This document shows, piece by piece, positions 40,386-50,481 of a stretch of 64,000 nucleotides of DNA. The notes under the pieces were generated by a model. The model did not search any database. It was given only the letters and a program-made list of their open reading frames with translations, and was not told the origin of the DNA. Origin of the DNA: Chloroflexota bacterium (GTDB lineage: Bacteria; Chloroflexota; UBA11872; VXOZ01); the NCBI GenBank assembly GCA_965221905.1, contig OZ244922.1, positions 128,001 through 192,000 of the forward strand, read 5' to 3'. Position numbers and translations under genes: made by a program. Within the stretch, counting starts at the first letter, position 1. Every line of letters starts with the position of its first letter.

Positions 40386-41150
40386 CTATATCCCTGCTTG
40401 CACCCAGGCGCAGAAGCGGCGGTCGAGGAACTCGATAAAGGCATAGAGGCTGAGGCCCAGCGCGGCCATGGCAACGATGCCCGCATACATGGCAGGATAG
40501 TCCACCCGTCCCCACGACTGCACGACGATGAAATAGCCCAGGCCGCTGCGCGTGGCAAAGGTCTCCGTGAAGAAGAGCACCGCAATGGCTGTTCCGCTGG
40601 TGATGCGCAGCGCACTAAGGATCGAGGGCAGCACGGCTGGAAAGTAGACGTGCCGCAGCAAATGGCGGCGGCGCGCGCCCAGCGAGCGCACCGAGAGGAT
40701 GAGTTCCGGCCGCACCGCATAGGCGGCATCGCGGGTGAGCACGAGAATCTGAAAGTATAGGATGAGGCTGATGATGAAGATCTTCGAGGCCTCGCCGATC
40801 CCCAGAAAGAGCATGATGATGGGCAGCAGCACGATCTTGGGCACCGGGTAGATGAGGTAGATGAGCGGGCTGGCAATGCGGTCGATCAGCGGCGCCTGGC
40901 CCACTGCCATCCCAGCAGGCGCAGCGAGAATCACGGCAATGATGATGCTCAGCACCACGCGGTAGCCGCTGAAGAGCAGGTGCTCCCAGAGACCGGCAGA
41001 CCACTCGCGTATGAAGGCTTGCGCCACCACCCACGGCAGCGGCAGAATCGGATTCCCGATCAACAGCGCCGCTAGCGCCCATACCCCCACCAGCGCCACA
41101 ACAGCGGCGAGCACAAACGGCGGCGTGATGCGGGCACGCGGAGCGAGCAT
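40386..41150 (-). CDS. ABC transporter permease (NitT/TauT type)
   Basis: PVPKIVLLP, EAA-like VRSLGA..LP and SGLGYFI. Confidence 0.88.
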   Translation of the reverse strand: MLAPRARITPPFVLAAVVALVGVWALAALLIGNPILPLPWVVAQAFIREWSAGLWEHLLFSGYRVVLSIIIAVILAAPAGMAVGQAPLIDRIASPLIYLIYPVPKIVLLPIIMLFLGIGEASKIFIISLILYFQILVLTRDAAYAVRPELILSVRSLGARRRHLLRHVYFPAVLPSILSALRITSGTAIAVLFFTETFATRSGLGYFIVVQSWGRVDYPAMYAGIVAMAALGLSLYAFIEFLDRRFCAWVQAGI

Positions 41151-41233
41151 TTTGGTTGAGGCTTCCCTCTCATGTTTGCCCCGCAACACTTGTATTTTGG
41201 CATCGGGACGGGGGCTGCTTCCCGAAAGACGTT

Positions 41234-41588
41234 CTACTCCGAATGCTCCAAGTCTGTCTGTACTCGCACCAGATGCTTCTTCACAGCAGGCAGATCTACA
41301 GTGAGTATCCTCCATACCTGTTCTACGATAATCCCGTAATACCTGTGAATCAGCACGTCGCGCAAGCCAGCGACCTTTTGCCAAGGAATGTCAGTGCCTT
41401 TCGCGGACCGCTGGGGGAATGTGCTTTGCGGCCTCACCAATTATCTCTAAACGACGGAACACCGCATCTTGCAGAAGAGAGTCTTCTTCAAATCCATCTG
41501 TGTCCATCCTGGCAAGGTAATTCTCTATCTTCTCAATGCTCTCCAGCATGTCCTGCACGAATAGGCCGACGCCCCGCTCCTCACTCAT
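41234..41588 (-). pseudogene. HepT/DUF86 HEPN RNase split by 1-nt frameshift
   Basis: EIIGEAAKHI..RERH* in one frame. IPWQKVAGLRDVLIHRY (Rx4HxY) continues in another frame near 41393. Confidence 0.8.
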
Positions 41589-41896
41589 AAGAGAGGAACC
41601 TCTTCGCTAAGTATGCGGTCGCGCAGGAGTGGCTTTATGGCAGCGTATTGCACCAGATCAACACGCCGTTCCAAAACCTCTTCGAGTTCAAGCTTAATCC
41701 CGATAAAGTCGAATAAGCTTGCCTGCCCGTCAAGCTCTACTAGGATATCGACATCACTCTCCGGCGTCGCCTCACCGCGCACGAACGACCCAAACATGCC
41801 CGCACGCTTAATACCATGCCGCCGCAAAACGGGGAGAATACGCTCCCGGATGTCTAGTGCGTCTGCAGCCTGATTGCTACTCGAATTCGTCGCCAC
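41585..41896 (-). CDS. MNT nucleotidyltransferase (MntA-like antitoxin)
   Basis: FGSFVRGE..SDVDILV..VDLV. GTG start with GGAGG. Confidence 0.88.
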   Translation of the reverse strand: MATNSSSNQAADALDIRERILPVLRRHGIKRAGMFGSFVRGEATPESDVDILVELDGQASLFDFIGIKLELEEVLERRVDLVQYAAIKPLLRDRILSEEVPLL

Positions 41897-42162
41897 GATG
41901 TTCCTCCGCTCCATGTCGCTGAAGCTGCCCGCCTGCCAAAGACCGTTTCTCTCGCCGTACCTCTGCGATTGCATGGGCCACCACGCGTTCGATCTCCTCT
42001 TACAACACACCCGCGAACGGCTCTCGCATCTCCGCCAGTACCTTGAGCTGCGCTCGACGTTCTTGTTCCACACAATCTCCGTGTTATAGTCCTTCGCCTT
42101 CGGTCAATTCACTTAAGCCCTTGTAATTCTTAGTTTTCGTACAATTTCGTACACTATACTAT

Positions 42163-43743
42163 GTGGGTGAGTGGCGAGCTACAGCTCTTCCTGGAATGAT
42201 TGTTGCTGCAAGTATGAGACCCTCTCAAATGCCTGTTGACCCATCGAAAGAGGATGCGAAGAAGAAAGTCGCAGACTTCGCTGCAAACCTTGAGAGAAGG
42301 CTCAAGAACCTCCGTCCAAGGGATTACCTACCCTTTGCCGCGGCAACTCTTAGGAAAGTATTGGAGAGGCAGGAGATTTGGGACACTTATCCCCCGCACT
42401 TCATCCTTCACTCAATGGAGGCGAATTGTGCGTTCAATCGCAGAGGGCTTCATGCAAAAGTTGGGCGTCGAATATTCGACAAGGTTATGAAGCTTTATAC
42501 GAGCTACGACCCTCCCGCTGACCTACACGCCCTAGAGAAAAATACCGATGTGGAAACTGACCTATTCATGCTGGCCAAGGCTAGACAACAGTTCCCAATT
42601 CAGAGTACTTGGGGAACAAATGACCTTGCTGCTGGAATCATGATATTCCAGGAGAAACACTTCCCCAACGTACATCGTCTCTTCCAAAGTAAATTCGGCA
42701 TAGGATTCGCCGAGTGGATAAGGCTTTGTTTCATCGTGTTCACCGCTAGCAAACAAAACGACGTAGTTCTCGCTGAGCGTGTTGTACAAGCAATTAGGGA
42801 AATGGTTTCGGACCGTGTATGTGAGGCAGGATTCGACCTACTCTCACTCACAATAGATGAGCTGCGGCTCAATTACACTAGATCACGCTGTGAGCTACCC
42901 TCAATCCTACTGGAGTATCAACTCCAACCTATGTTTGCAGAAAAACCACTTGTACATCTTGATGAAGATACCTACTTAGTCTCTCACCCTGAGTTTCTGG
43001 TCTTTCGCGGTGGCGAAGGGATATATGACTTGTGCCACGAGCACTTCGAAGATGAGTTTGGCTCAGAGATGGGGGATGCCTTTGAAGACTACGTTGGCAA
43101 ACTCTTAGCCGAAGCTCCCGGCGACAAGACCCTGATGACGGAAGCGGAATTGAGCCAAGTCATACAGGGGAAGATATGTGACTATCTCTTGGCGATGAAG
43201 GACCTTGTTCTCTTGATTGAATGCAAGGCCACTTCCTACTCTTCCAAGTATGTTACTGACTGTGCAGTTAAAAACGATAACTCGACAACCAAGATCGTTG
43301 ATGGCATGCACCAATTGTCTAATGTCGCACAACAACTAGAGTGTCCAGAATTGAAAACCCACATTGGCGAAATTGGGGACCGAATGGTCATCGGCCTTGT
43401 CGTTACCTTCAAGCATATCTGGTTTACCCATAGCATGCTTTACCGTTCGATTATTGATTCTCGGGTCGATTTGGCCAAGGAATTCACTTCACGTCCTCAG
43501 GCATTTCACATTCGAGCGCTCCAATTGCTCATTCTAAACGCCTGCGGAGGGGGAAGGCTCTCTTCTTTGTTCCGGCGAATGCTGGACTCAGAAGTACATT
43601 ATCCTTACGACTGGGACAACTACCTCCTCGATGTCAATCGCGAGCAGCAAGAGAGGGGATTGAAGCCAAGTATCCCTCTGTTGGAGACTGCGTGGGAACG
43701 CTTTGTACAAGATGCAATTCAAGTACATACCGACTTAGGATAG
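42163..43743 (+). CDS. Large hypothetical protein with C-terminal PD-(D/E)XK nuclease-like domain
   Basis: G.AFEDYV...CDYLL...LIECKA. Lower GC than flanks. Confidence 0.65.
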   Translation: MGEWRATALPGMIVAASMRPSQMPVDPSKEDAKKKVADFAANLERRLKNLRPRDYLPFAAATLRKVLERQEIWDTYPPHFILHSMEANCAFNRRGLHAKVGRRIFDKVMKLYTSYDPPADLHALEKNTDVETDLFMLAKARQQFPIQSTWGTNDLAAGIMIFQEKHFPNVHRLFQSKFGIGFAEWIRLCFIVFTASKQNDVVLAERVVQAIREMVSDRVCEAGFDLLSLTIDELRLNYTRSRCELPSILLEYQLQPMFAEKPLVHLDEDTYLVSHPEFLVFRGGEGIYDLCHEHFEDEFGSEMGDAFEDYVGKLLAEAPGDKTLMTEAELSQVIQGKICDYLLAMKDLVLLIECKATSYSSKYVTDCAVKNDNSTTKIVDGMHQLSNVAQQLECPELKTHIGEIGDRMVIGLVVTFKHIWFTHSMLYRSIIDSRVDLAKEFTSRPQAFHIRALQLLILNACGGGRLSSLFRRMLDSEVHYPYDWDNYLLDVNREQQERGLKPSIPLLETAWERFVQDAIQVHTDLG

Positions 43744-43779
43744 TGCTCTCCGAAATTTTGCATCTGACCAGACGATTCC

Positions 43780-45192
43780 TCATTCGTGAGGTTTCGCCGG
43801 TTGGCGCTCCGCAAAATCCCGCGCCAGTCTTGCCGCCTTCTCTCTATCGTCCTCCCCCAGTTCGCCGTCTATAACAAGCTCAAGCAGGTGGTCCTTGATC
43901 GGCTTGATCCAGGGGCCTGGGCCGCGGTCGAACATGGTCATCAGGTCGTTGCCGTCGAGCGGGCTTTGCAGCTTGGCCACGTCCTCTTGCGCTTGGAGTG
44001 CGCGGCAGCGGGCCTCCAGATGATTCACGCGGGCCACACCCGCCTCCACGCGGGAACGGCGGTAGCTAGTAATGTCGGCGCGAGAGAGGGCAAAGAGATC
44101 GTCCGTAATTCCCTCGGTCTCGCGCAGGAAGCGGCGCACCGCGCCGTCAGTCCAGTCCGGCGTGTAGAGATTAGGGCGCAGGTGCTCGGCCACTAAACGC
44201 TGAATCTGCTCCATGCTCTCCCGGTCGAACCGCAAGCGCCGCAGAATGCGCCGCGCCATGCGCGCGCCCACGGTCTCGTGACGGAAGAAGTGCACCTTGC
44301 CGTCCTGCTCCGTCTTCGTTTTCGGCTTCCCAATGTCGTGGAGCAGCGCCGCCCAGCGCAGCACCGGCGTAGCGGTCACGTTCTCCACCACCTTGAGCGT
44401 GTGGCCGAATACATCCTTGTGCCGCCGGTCATCCTGGCTGGTGCCGCGCAACGGCAGGAGCTCTGGGAGGAAATGCGCCGCCAACCCGGTATCGCAGAGA
44501 ATTTCTAGACTCTCCATCGGCCGGTCGGCCAGCAACAAGCGGGTCATCTCGGCAGCGATGCGTTCCTCGCTCACGTGCTCTAGTGCGCTCGCCTGCTGTT
44601 GCAGCGCTTCATGCGTGGCCAGATCGATGCGAAAACCAAGCTCAGCCGCAAACCGCACGGCGCGCAACATGCGCAGCGGGTCTTCGCGAAAGCGCTCCAC
44701 AGGATCGCCCACGGCGCGGATGAGACCCTTCTGCAAGTCTTGCAGCCCATGAAAGGGATCGAGTACACCGCCTGTAGACGGCTCTTGCGCGATAGCGTTG
44801 ATCGTGAAGTCGCGGCGCGACAGGTCGTCTTCTAAGTTCGTACCGAAAGTAACCGCGGGCTTGCGGTTGGCGAAGGCATACTGCTCGCTGCGGTAGGTCG
44901 TAATTTCCACTACCCAGTCGCCAAAGATGGCGCCTATTGTGCCGAATTTCTCCCCCACGTCATAGCGAGAATCCGGATTTGCTTGCGCCAGTAAGCGTTT
45001 GATGACCGGTGGGTGGGCATCGGTAGCCAGGTCCAGGTCGTGGGTCGGGCGGTGGAGGAGCGCATCGCGGACCGAGCCCCCCACGAGGTACAGCTCGTAA
45101 CCCGCCTCCGCGAAATGCGACGCCAAGGCTCGCAAAGTCGGCGCTGCTACGAGATTTTCCACGACGCTGGTACCGCGCACAGCCACTCCCAC
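43780..45192 (-). CDS. CCA/tRNA nucleotidyltransferase with HD domain
   Basis: VGGSVRD..DLD, RRDFTINA, EDPLRMLRAVRF and LLHDIGKP. Confidence 0.93.
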   Translation of the reverse strand: MGVAVRGTSVVENLVAAPTLRALASHFAEAGYELYLVGGSVRDALLHRPTHDLDLATDAHPPVIKRLLAQANPDSRYDVGEKFGTIGAIFGDWVVEITTYRSEQYAFANRKPAVTFGTNLEDDLSRRDFTINAIAQEPSTGGVLDPFHGLQDLQKGLIRAVGDPVERFREDPLRMLRAVRFAAELGFRIDLATHEALQQQASALEHVSEERIAAEMTRLLLADRPMESLEILCDTGLAAHFLPELLPLRGTSQDDRRHKDVFGHTLKVVENVTATPVLRWAALLHDIGKPKTKTEQDGKVHFFRHETVGARMARRILRRLRFDRESMEQIQRLVAEHLRPNLYTPDWTDGAVRRFLRETEGITDDLFALSRADITSYRRSRVEAGVARVNHLEARCRALQAQEDVAKLQSPLDGNDLMTMFDRGPGPWIKPIKDHLLELVIDGELGEDDREKAARLARDFAERQPAKPHE

Positions 45193-45234
45193 ATTCTTGC
45201 TTATCTTCTGCTTCGTGTTCTTTCACGCCGGACG

Positions 45235-45397
45235 GCATCCCGCCCGCAGGCGACTAGACTAGCAGTCCCACCATCTTGGCCGCTTGCCGAGGCAACCAAC
45301 GGCTGCGCGGAAGACGGGTTCGCGGGTACGATACGGGGTGCCGTTGCTATTCCGTCCGGCCTCTTCTCGCGCCGGCCCACGCACTGCAGGGAGACGC
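45235..45397 (-). ncRNA. Putative long-hairpin structured RNA (6S-like candidate)
   Basis: 5' and 3' ends pair. Nested G.U-containing stems. Extended -10 upstream. Confidence 0.3.
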
Positions 45398-45678
45398 TAC
45401 ACAATCCCATGATAGCACGGTGAAAGGTGATTTCGGCTGCAGGTCGCATGGAGGCGAGCCCTGGGTTGCGTATGGTGTACCGGTCTGTACAATGGGAGTC
45501 GTTGCGTTGCGGGCTTTGCGGCAAGGTTTGCAGTGACTGGAGTGTATCGGTTCCCAGCCGGCGCAGGCACATTCGTCCGGCGGAGCCTGCCGGCACGACC
45601 GGGATTGGGCGCGGTCACACTCCTGAAATTTCTGAATCATTGCCTCCACGCCACCATCAAGAGCTAAGGCTGTAAGCG

Positions 45679-47691
45679 ATGCCACGTGATTTGCCGGTGG
45701 GCAACGGTCGTCTGCTTGTTTGCTTCGACAGCGACTACCGCATCAGAGACGTCTACTACCCCCACGTCGGGCAAGAGGACCACGCACAGGGTCAGCCTTT
45801 CCAATTCGGCGTCTGGGTGGATGGACACTTCGCCTGGATCCACGACCGGTCGTGGCAAAAGTCGCTGCGCTACAAGGACGACACGCTTGTCACCCACGTC
45901 ACGGCGCAGAATGACCGCCTCCAATTGCACCTTACGCTCAACGATGCGGTTGACTATAGCCACAACGTCTTCCTGCGTCGTATTGTCGTGGAAAACCAGA
46001 CAGACACTGAGCGAGAGGTGCGCCTCTTCTTCCACCACAACTTCTCACTGGGCGGTATCAGCATTGGGGACACGGCCTATTACGATCCCCGGCACCGAGC
46101 GCTCATTCACTACAAGGGCAAGACCTACTTCTGGATGAACGTTATGAGCGGCCCTGAGATTGGGCTGGATTCGTATGCCACGGGCACGAAGAACGTCGGC
46201 GGGCTGGAAGGCACCTGGCGCGATGCCGAAGACGGCCGGCTGGAAGGGAATCCGATCGCGCAAGGCTCCGTGGACAGCACCGGTTCCGTCAGCGTCACGA
46301 TTGCCGGCGGCGAAACCGCTACTGTGTACTACTGGATGGCTGTCGGTTCTGACGCCATGGAAGTGGAAGGCATAGAGCGCCATATTCGCAAGGTCGGCCC
46401 CGCAGCGGTGCTTTACCGCATTCAGGAGTACTGGCGGCATTGGGTACGGAAAGAGGGATTCTCCTTAGCCGACCTGCCAAAGGAGATAGGCGCCCTCTTC
46501 AATCGGAGTCTGCTTACCATCCAGACCCAAACCGACCATGAGGGAGCGATCTTAGCGGCCAACGACAATGATATTGCCCAGTTCGGCCGCGACACCTACT
46601 CCTACATGTGGCCGCGCGACGGGGCACTGGTCGCGTACGCGCTGAGCAGCGCCGGCTACGGTGAGATTTCACGCCGCTTCTTTAATTTCTGTTTGCGCAC
46701 GATCACGCCCCAGGGTTACATGATGCACAAGTACAACCCTGACGGTTCGGTCGGTTCTTCGTGGCATCCCTGGGCCGCGCCGGACGGTTCCCGCCAACAC
46801 CCGATTCAAGAGGACGAGACCGCCCTCGTCATCTGGGCCTTGTGGCAGCACTTTGAAAAATACTGGGACGTAGAGTTCATGAAGCCCTTCTACGCCTCTT
46901 TCATAAAGCCCGCGGCCCAGTTCATGAGCCTCTACCGCGACCTCACCACCGGCTTGCCGGTGCCCTCTTACGACCTGTGGGAGGAGCGGCACGGCGTGCA
47001 TGCCCACACGGTGGCAACCGTGTACGGCGGCCTGCAGGCCGCGGCCAACTTCACGGAAGCCTTTGGGGAGAAAACCTATACCGACAGTTACCGCCGCACA
47101 GCGGCAGAACTCAAGCAAGCCGCCCTCACGCATATGATCAACCCGGATACCGGGCTGTTCTCGCGCATGGTCACCCCTCTCCCCGACGGTACAGTGCGGC
47201 ACGACCCTACTATCGATAGCGCCACGTACGCCCTCTGGTACTTCGGTATGCTAGAGCCCGATGATCCGCTGGTGATTAAGATGATGGAGACCGTGCGGGA
47301 GCGGCTCTGGGTGAAGACCGATGTTGGCGGGATCGCCCGCTATGAAAACGATTACTACCACCAGATAAGCAATAACATCGCCGTTGTTCCGGGTAACCCG
47401 TGGTTCATTTGCACGCTTTGGCTGGCAGAATGGTACATTGCCAAAGCTACGTCTCTTGAAGACCTGCAACCGGCCAAGGATATCTTACTTTGGGTGGAGC
47501 AACGTCGCCTGGAGAGCGGTTGTCTCGCAGAGCAGGTTCACCCCTTCACCAACGCGCCCTTGAGCGTCTCTCCGCTCACGTGGAGCCACGCTACAGTTGT
47601 AATGACCGTCAATGCGTATGTCGCCAAGTATCACCAGCTCCAGCAAGCAGAAAACGCCGAAATCCCCACTCCCGCCCCAATCCATCACTAG
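45679..47691 (+). CDS. Glycoside hydrolase family 15 (glucoamylase-like)
   Basis: YSYMWPRDG, QEDET, DLWEER, LAEQV and PLTWSHA. Confidence 0.93.
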   Translation: MPRDLPVGNGRLLVCFDSDYRIRDVYYPHVGQEDHAQGQPFQFGVWVDGHFAWIHDRSWQKSLRYKDDTLVTHVTAQNDRLQLHLTLNDAVDYSHNVFLRRIVVENQTDTEREVRLFFHHNFSLGGISIGDTAYYDPRHRALIHYKGKTYFWMNVMSGPEIGLDSYATGTKNVGGLEGTWRDAEDGRLEGNPIAQGSVDSTGSVSVTIAGGETATVYYWMAVGSDAMEVEGIERHIRKVGPAAVLYRIQEYWRHWVRKEGFSLADLPKEIGALFNRSLLTIQTQTDHEGAILAANDNDIAQFGRDTYSYMWPRDGALVAYALSSAGYGEISRRFFNFCLRTITPQGYMMHKYNPDGSVGSSWHPWAAPDGSRQHPIQEDETALVIWALWQHFEKYWDVEFMKPFYASFIKPAAQFMSLYRDLTTGLPVPSYDLWEERHGVHAHTVATVYGGLQAAANFTEAFGEKTYTDSYRRTAAELKQAALTHMINPDTGLFSRMVTPLPDGTVRHDPTIDSATYALWYFGMLEPDDPLVIKMMETVRERLWVKTDVGGIARYENDYYHQISNNIAVVPGNPWFICTLWLAEWYIAKATSLEDLQPAKDILLWVEQRRLESGCLAEQVHPFTNAPLSVSPLTWSHATVVMTVNAYVAKYHQLQQAENAEIPTPAPIHH

Positions 47692-47779
47692 CCTCTACCC
47701 CCTCCCCCAGGTGCTCTGCCTCAACATAAACTTTCCGTTCGTGTCCTTCCTTGCCGTCTCACTCGGAGGTAGCGCCATA

Positions 47780-48160
47780 TGTGGATAACTATGACTTTTC
47801 CCGTGGATAAAATACCCGAAATGGGGATATCCTAGGCCTAGAGCGGAAAATTCGCCTTTTTTTCAACTTGACCGAATATCTAAATGCGGAACCAAAATGA
47901 CTGCCTTCTAGGGAAAACCGCGGACGTTAACGGGGAGGGAGGTATGATTTGACTGACTTTTCCCCACTCCACTTCATCAACGCTACATACCCCCCGACTT
48001 GCTCTCTGTTTGCGCCGTTTTGCGGTATTCCATCCAGAGAGATATCCTCACACCAAAGGCGCACGGGTGCTGGGGAATCAATACTTTTCCCAAATACTCA
48101 CAGCCCTTATTAAGATGAAGATGAGACTTAGAGACTTAAAGTCAGCTTCTATTTAACAGA
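47780..48160. other. Putative chromosomal replication origin (oriC)
   Basis: Perfect DnaA box TGTGGATAA at 47780 and several degenerate boxes. Tandem boxes + GCCC + NAN trio run + AT-rich tract. Confidence 0.6.
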
Positions 48161-48405
48161 GTGGTCGTGTAGCCGTTACAATGCGTAACTGTAGCGCGTT
48201 TGCCGTTGGACGATAGCCGTTGCTCCCAAGAGCCAACTGCTTTGAGCTATCGCCCAGCTGAGTTCAGGCCCCCATTGGTGCAGGCTTCGAAAGGTGTCCC
48301 CTTCCGGTAGCCGGAGATTGTCTGGTTTAGCCTGCGACCGTCATCTTAAAGTAAGAGAAAAGGGCCGGGGCCGGTGGTACCTGAGCTCACTTAAGGAAAT
48401 CCAGC

Positions 48406-49524
48406 ATGGATAGTGACATCACGAGTACGCGAGAAGGTAACCGCGTCAAGCTAGAGCTTAGCGATGGCGGGGAAGCCGTAGCGCGGTTGACGATCGTGGA
48501 CTGCGAGATGCGTCTGGTGAAAACCTGGTTGCGCATGGGAGGGTTGGCTAGTGTTAGAACTAACCCGGTGCACCGCGGCAAAGGCTACGGGCGTCGCCTC
48601 TTGCTGGGGACCCTAGACTACATGCGTGAGGAGGGATACATTGTTTCTACCCTCTTTGGGATCCCAGATTTCTACAGTAACTTTGGGTATGCCACGGTGC
48701 TGCCGAGGAAGAGTGTCGTTAGCGTTAGAACAGGGGCGGCGGAATTGTTGCCGGGGGCGGTGGCGGTGCGTGAAGCTGAGCCAGCGGATTTGACGGCGTT
48801 GCTGGATATCTATCACGAGGCGAACGCAGAGCGCAACGGTCCTCTGAAGCGCAGCAAATCTTCATTCTCGCGATGGCCGGATAAAGCGGATGATTGGTTT
48901 CAAGAGCCACGGCGCATCCTAGTGGCGGAGGAAAATGGAGTGCCGGTCGCGTATGTTGTGGGCGAGCAAGGGTGGCAGGCGGAATCTAAATGGGGAGTGC
49001 AACAGCATGAGATTGCTGTTGCACGCGCCGGCGCTGCCAGAGCAGCATCCAGTCTGATCCGGGCGCTTGCGCAAGAAGCTGCACAGCAACGCTGTGAGTG
49101 GCTGAAATTCGAGATGTTGCCGGATTCGCTGTTGGCGCCGGCGCTGCGGCAAGTGGGCTATAGCCACGAAATCGAATACTCACACGACCAAGGCGGCATG
49201 GGCCGCATCATCGACCTTGCCGGTCTTGCGAAGGCGCTCACTGAAACGTTAGTGACGCGGAATTTGGCGCTGCACGAGAGCTTGCGCCTCGGTAAGCTCA
49301 TGTTTCTCTGCGAGGACGAGCAAGCGGCAGTGGTGCTCGGAGTCGGTCGCACGGTCGCCATAGCCCTGCCCCAACACGCTCTGCTGCAGCTCTTGATGGG
49401 CTACCGTGGAATCCATGAACTGCGCTTGGAGCACCCAACGTGTGTTGAGCAGCAGGATGTCGCCCCAGTAGATGCCCTGTTTCCACAAGGCTACCCGTAC
49501 ATGTGGAACAACGACCACTTCTAG
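48406..49524 (+). CDS. GNAT acetyltransferase (Eis-like)
   Basis: GGLASVRTNPVHRGKGYG and FYSNFGY. Confidence 0.85.
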   Translation: MDSDITSTREGNRVKLELSDGGEAVARLTIVDCEMRLVKTWLRMGGLASVRTNPVHRGKGYGRRLLLGTLDYMREEGYIVSTLFGIPDFYSNFGYATVLPRKSVVSVRTGAAELLPGAVAVREAEPADLTALLDIYHEANAERNGPLKRSKSSFSRWPDKADDWFQEPRRILVAEENGVPVAYVVGEQGWQAESKWGVQQHEIAVARAGAARAASSLIRALAQEAAQQRCEWLKFEMLPDSLLAPALRQVGYSHEIEYSHDQGGMGRIIDLAGLAKALTETLVTRNLALHESLRLGKLMFLCEDEQAAVVLGVGRTVAIALPQHALLQLLMGYRGIHELRLEHPTCVEQQDVAPVDALFPQGYPYMWNNDHF

Positions 49525-49531
49525 GCTGCTA

Positions 49532-50185
49532 ATGGACATCGGCGGAGTCATTTTCGACGTAGACGGCCTCATGGCGGATAGCGAGCCACTGCACCGCGCG
49601 GCTTGGCACGAGCTTGGCCGCCAGTGCGATTTTCCTACGTATCCCACCGATGCGGCGGAGAGCCTGGGCCAGCGCGTGATCGAAAATCTTCGTATGCGAC
49701 ACGCGCAAGGGCGATTCACCCAAGAACCACGGGAGATGCTTGACCATTACCATGCGATTCTCATAGAGCTCATCAGGCTTCGCTTGCGGCCGAAGCCAGG
49801 ATTGCGGGAAGCGCTGAATTTTGTGCGCGAGCAGGAGTGGCGGTGCGGCACGGCCTCATCCGGCGATAGAGTCTATATTGACGTAGTGCTTGAGGTGCTT
49901 GGGATACACTCCTGTTTTCAGGCTGTGGCAACCGGCGAAGAGGTGGTTGAGGGCAAGCCCCATCCGGCGCTCTATCTGCTGGCAGCAGAACGGCTCGGCG
50001 TGCCGCCGGCAGAGTGTGTCGCTTTGGAAGATAGCCCCCGTGGGGTCAGAGCCGCGAAAGCTGCGGGGATGCGCTGCATTGCGGTGCCTGAGGGGCCTGC
50101 GGACGTGGCTGAGGCTGACGCAGTTTGCGAGTCGCTGCTCACGACGGTAGACGTGATGCGCCTGTGGGGTGCACGGCAGGAATGA
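49532..50185 (+). CDS. HAD-family phosphatase (beta-PGM-like)
   Basis: FDVDGLMADSE, KPHP and EDSPRG. Confidence 0.9.
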   Translation: MDIGGVIFDVDGLMADSEPLHRAAWHELGRQCDFPTYPTDAAESLGQRVIENLRMRHAQGRFTQEPREMLDHYHAILIELIRLRLRPKPGLREALNFVREQEWRCGTASSGDRVYIDVVLEVLGIHSCFQAVATGEEVVEGKPHPALYLLAAERLGVPPAECVALEDSPRGVRAAKAAGMRCIAVPEGPADVAEADAVCESLLTTVDVMRLWGARQE

Positions 50186-50284
50186 ACAAGACGTACAGCG
50201 ATGCCGTTAGTGAAGGTGTGTAGAAGCTATCTCATAAATCGGTTCGATAGCAGATTTGTGCTTTGACAAGGGCTTCGCGCAGCA

Positions 50285-50336
50285 CTCAGCACGAACGGAT
50301 TCTCGCCTTTTCCGTTCGCCCTGAGCCTGTCGAAGG
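50285..50336. repeat. REP-like element (CCGTTCGNCCTGAGCNTGTCGAAGG family)
   Basis: Other copies at about 24268, 51316 (inverted), 52699, 52788-53073 and 54378. Confidence 0.75.
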
Positions 50337-50481
50337 GCAGGTCTACACAGAGCGATGTATTTGTGAGACAAGCTCTAGTGTAGCCTCTTGGTGCACGGGT
50401 TCTGCTACACTGCTTCTAAAGTAAAGGCAAGCCGAGCTTCTAGAAATGTTGGACTTTGCACCGGCGGGCAGGGAAGAGCTA

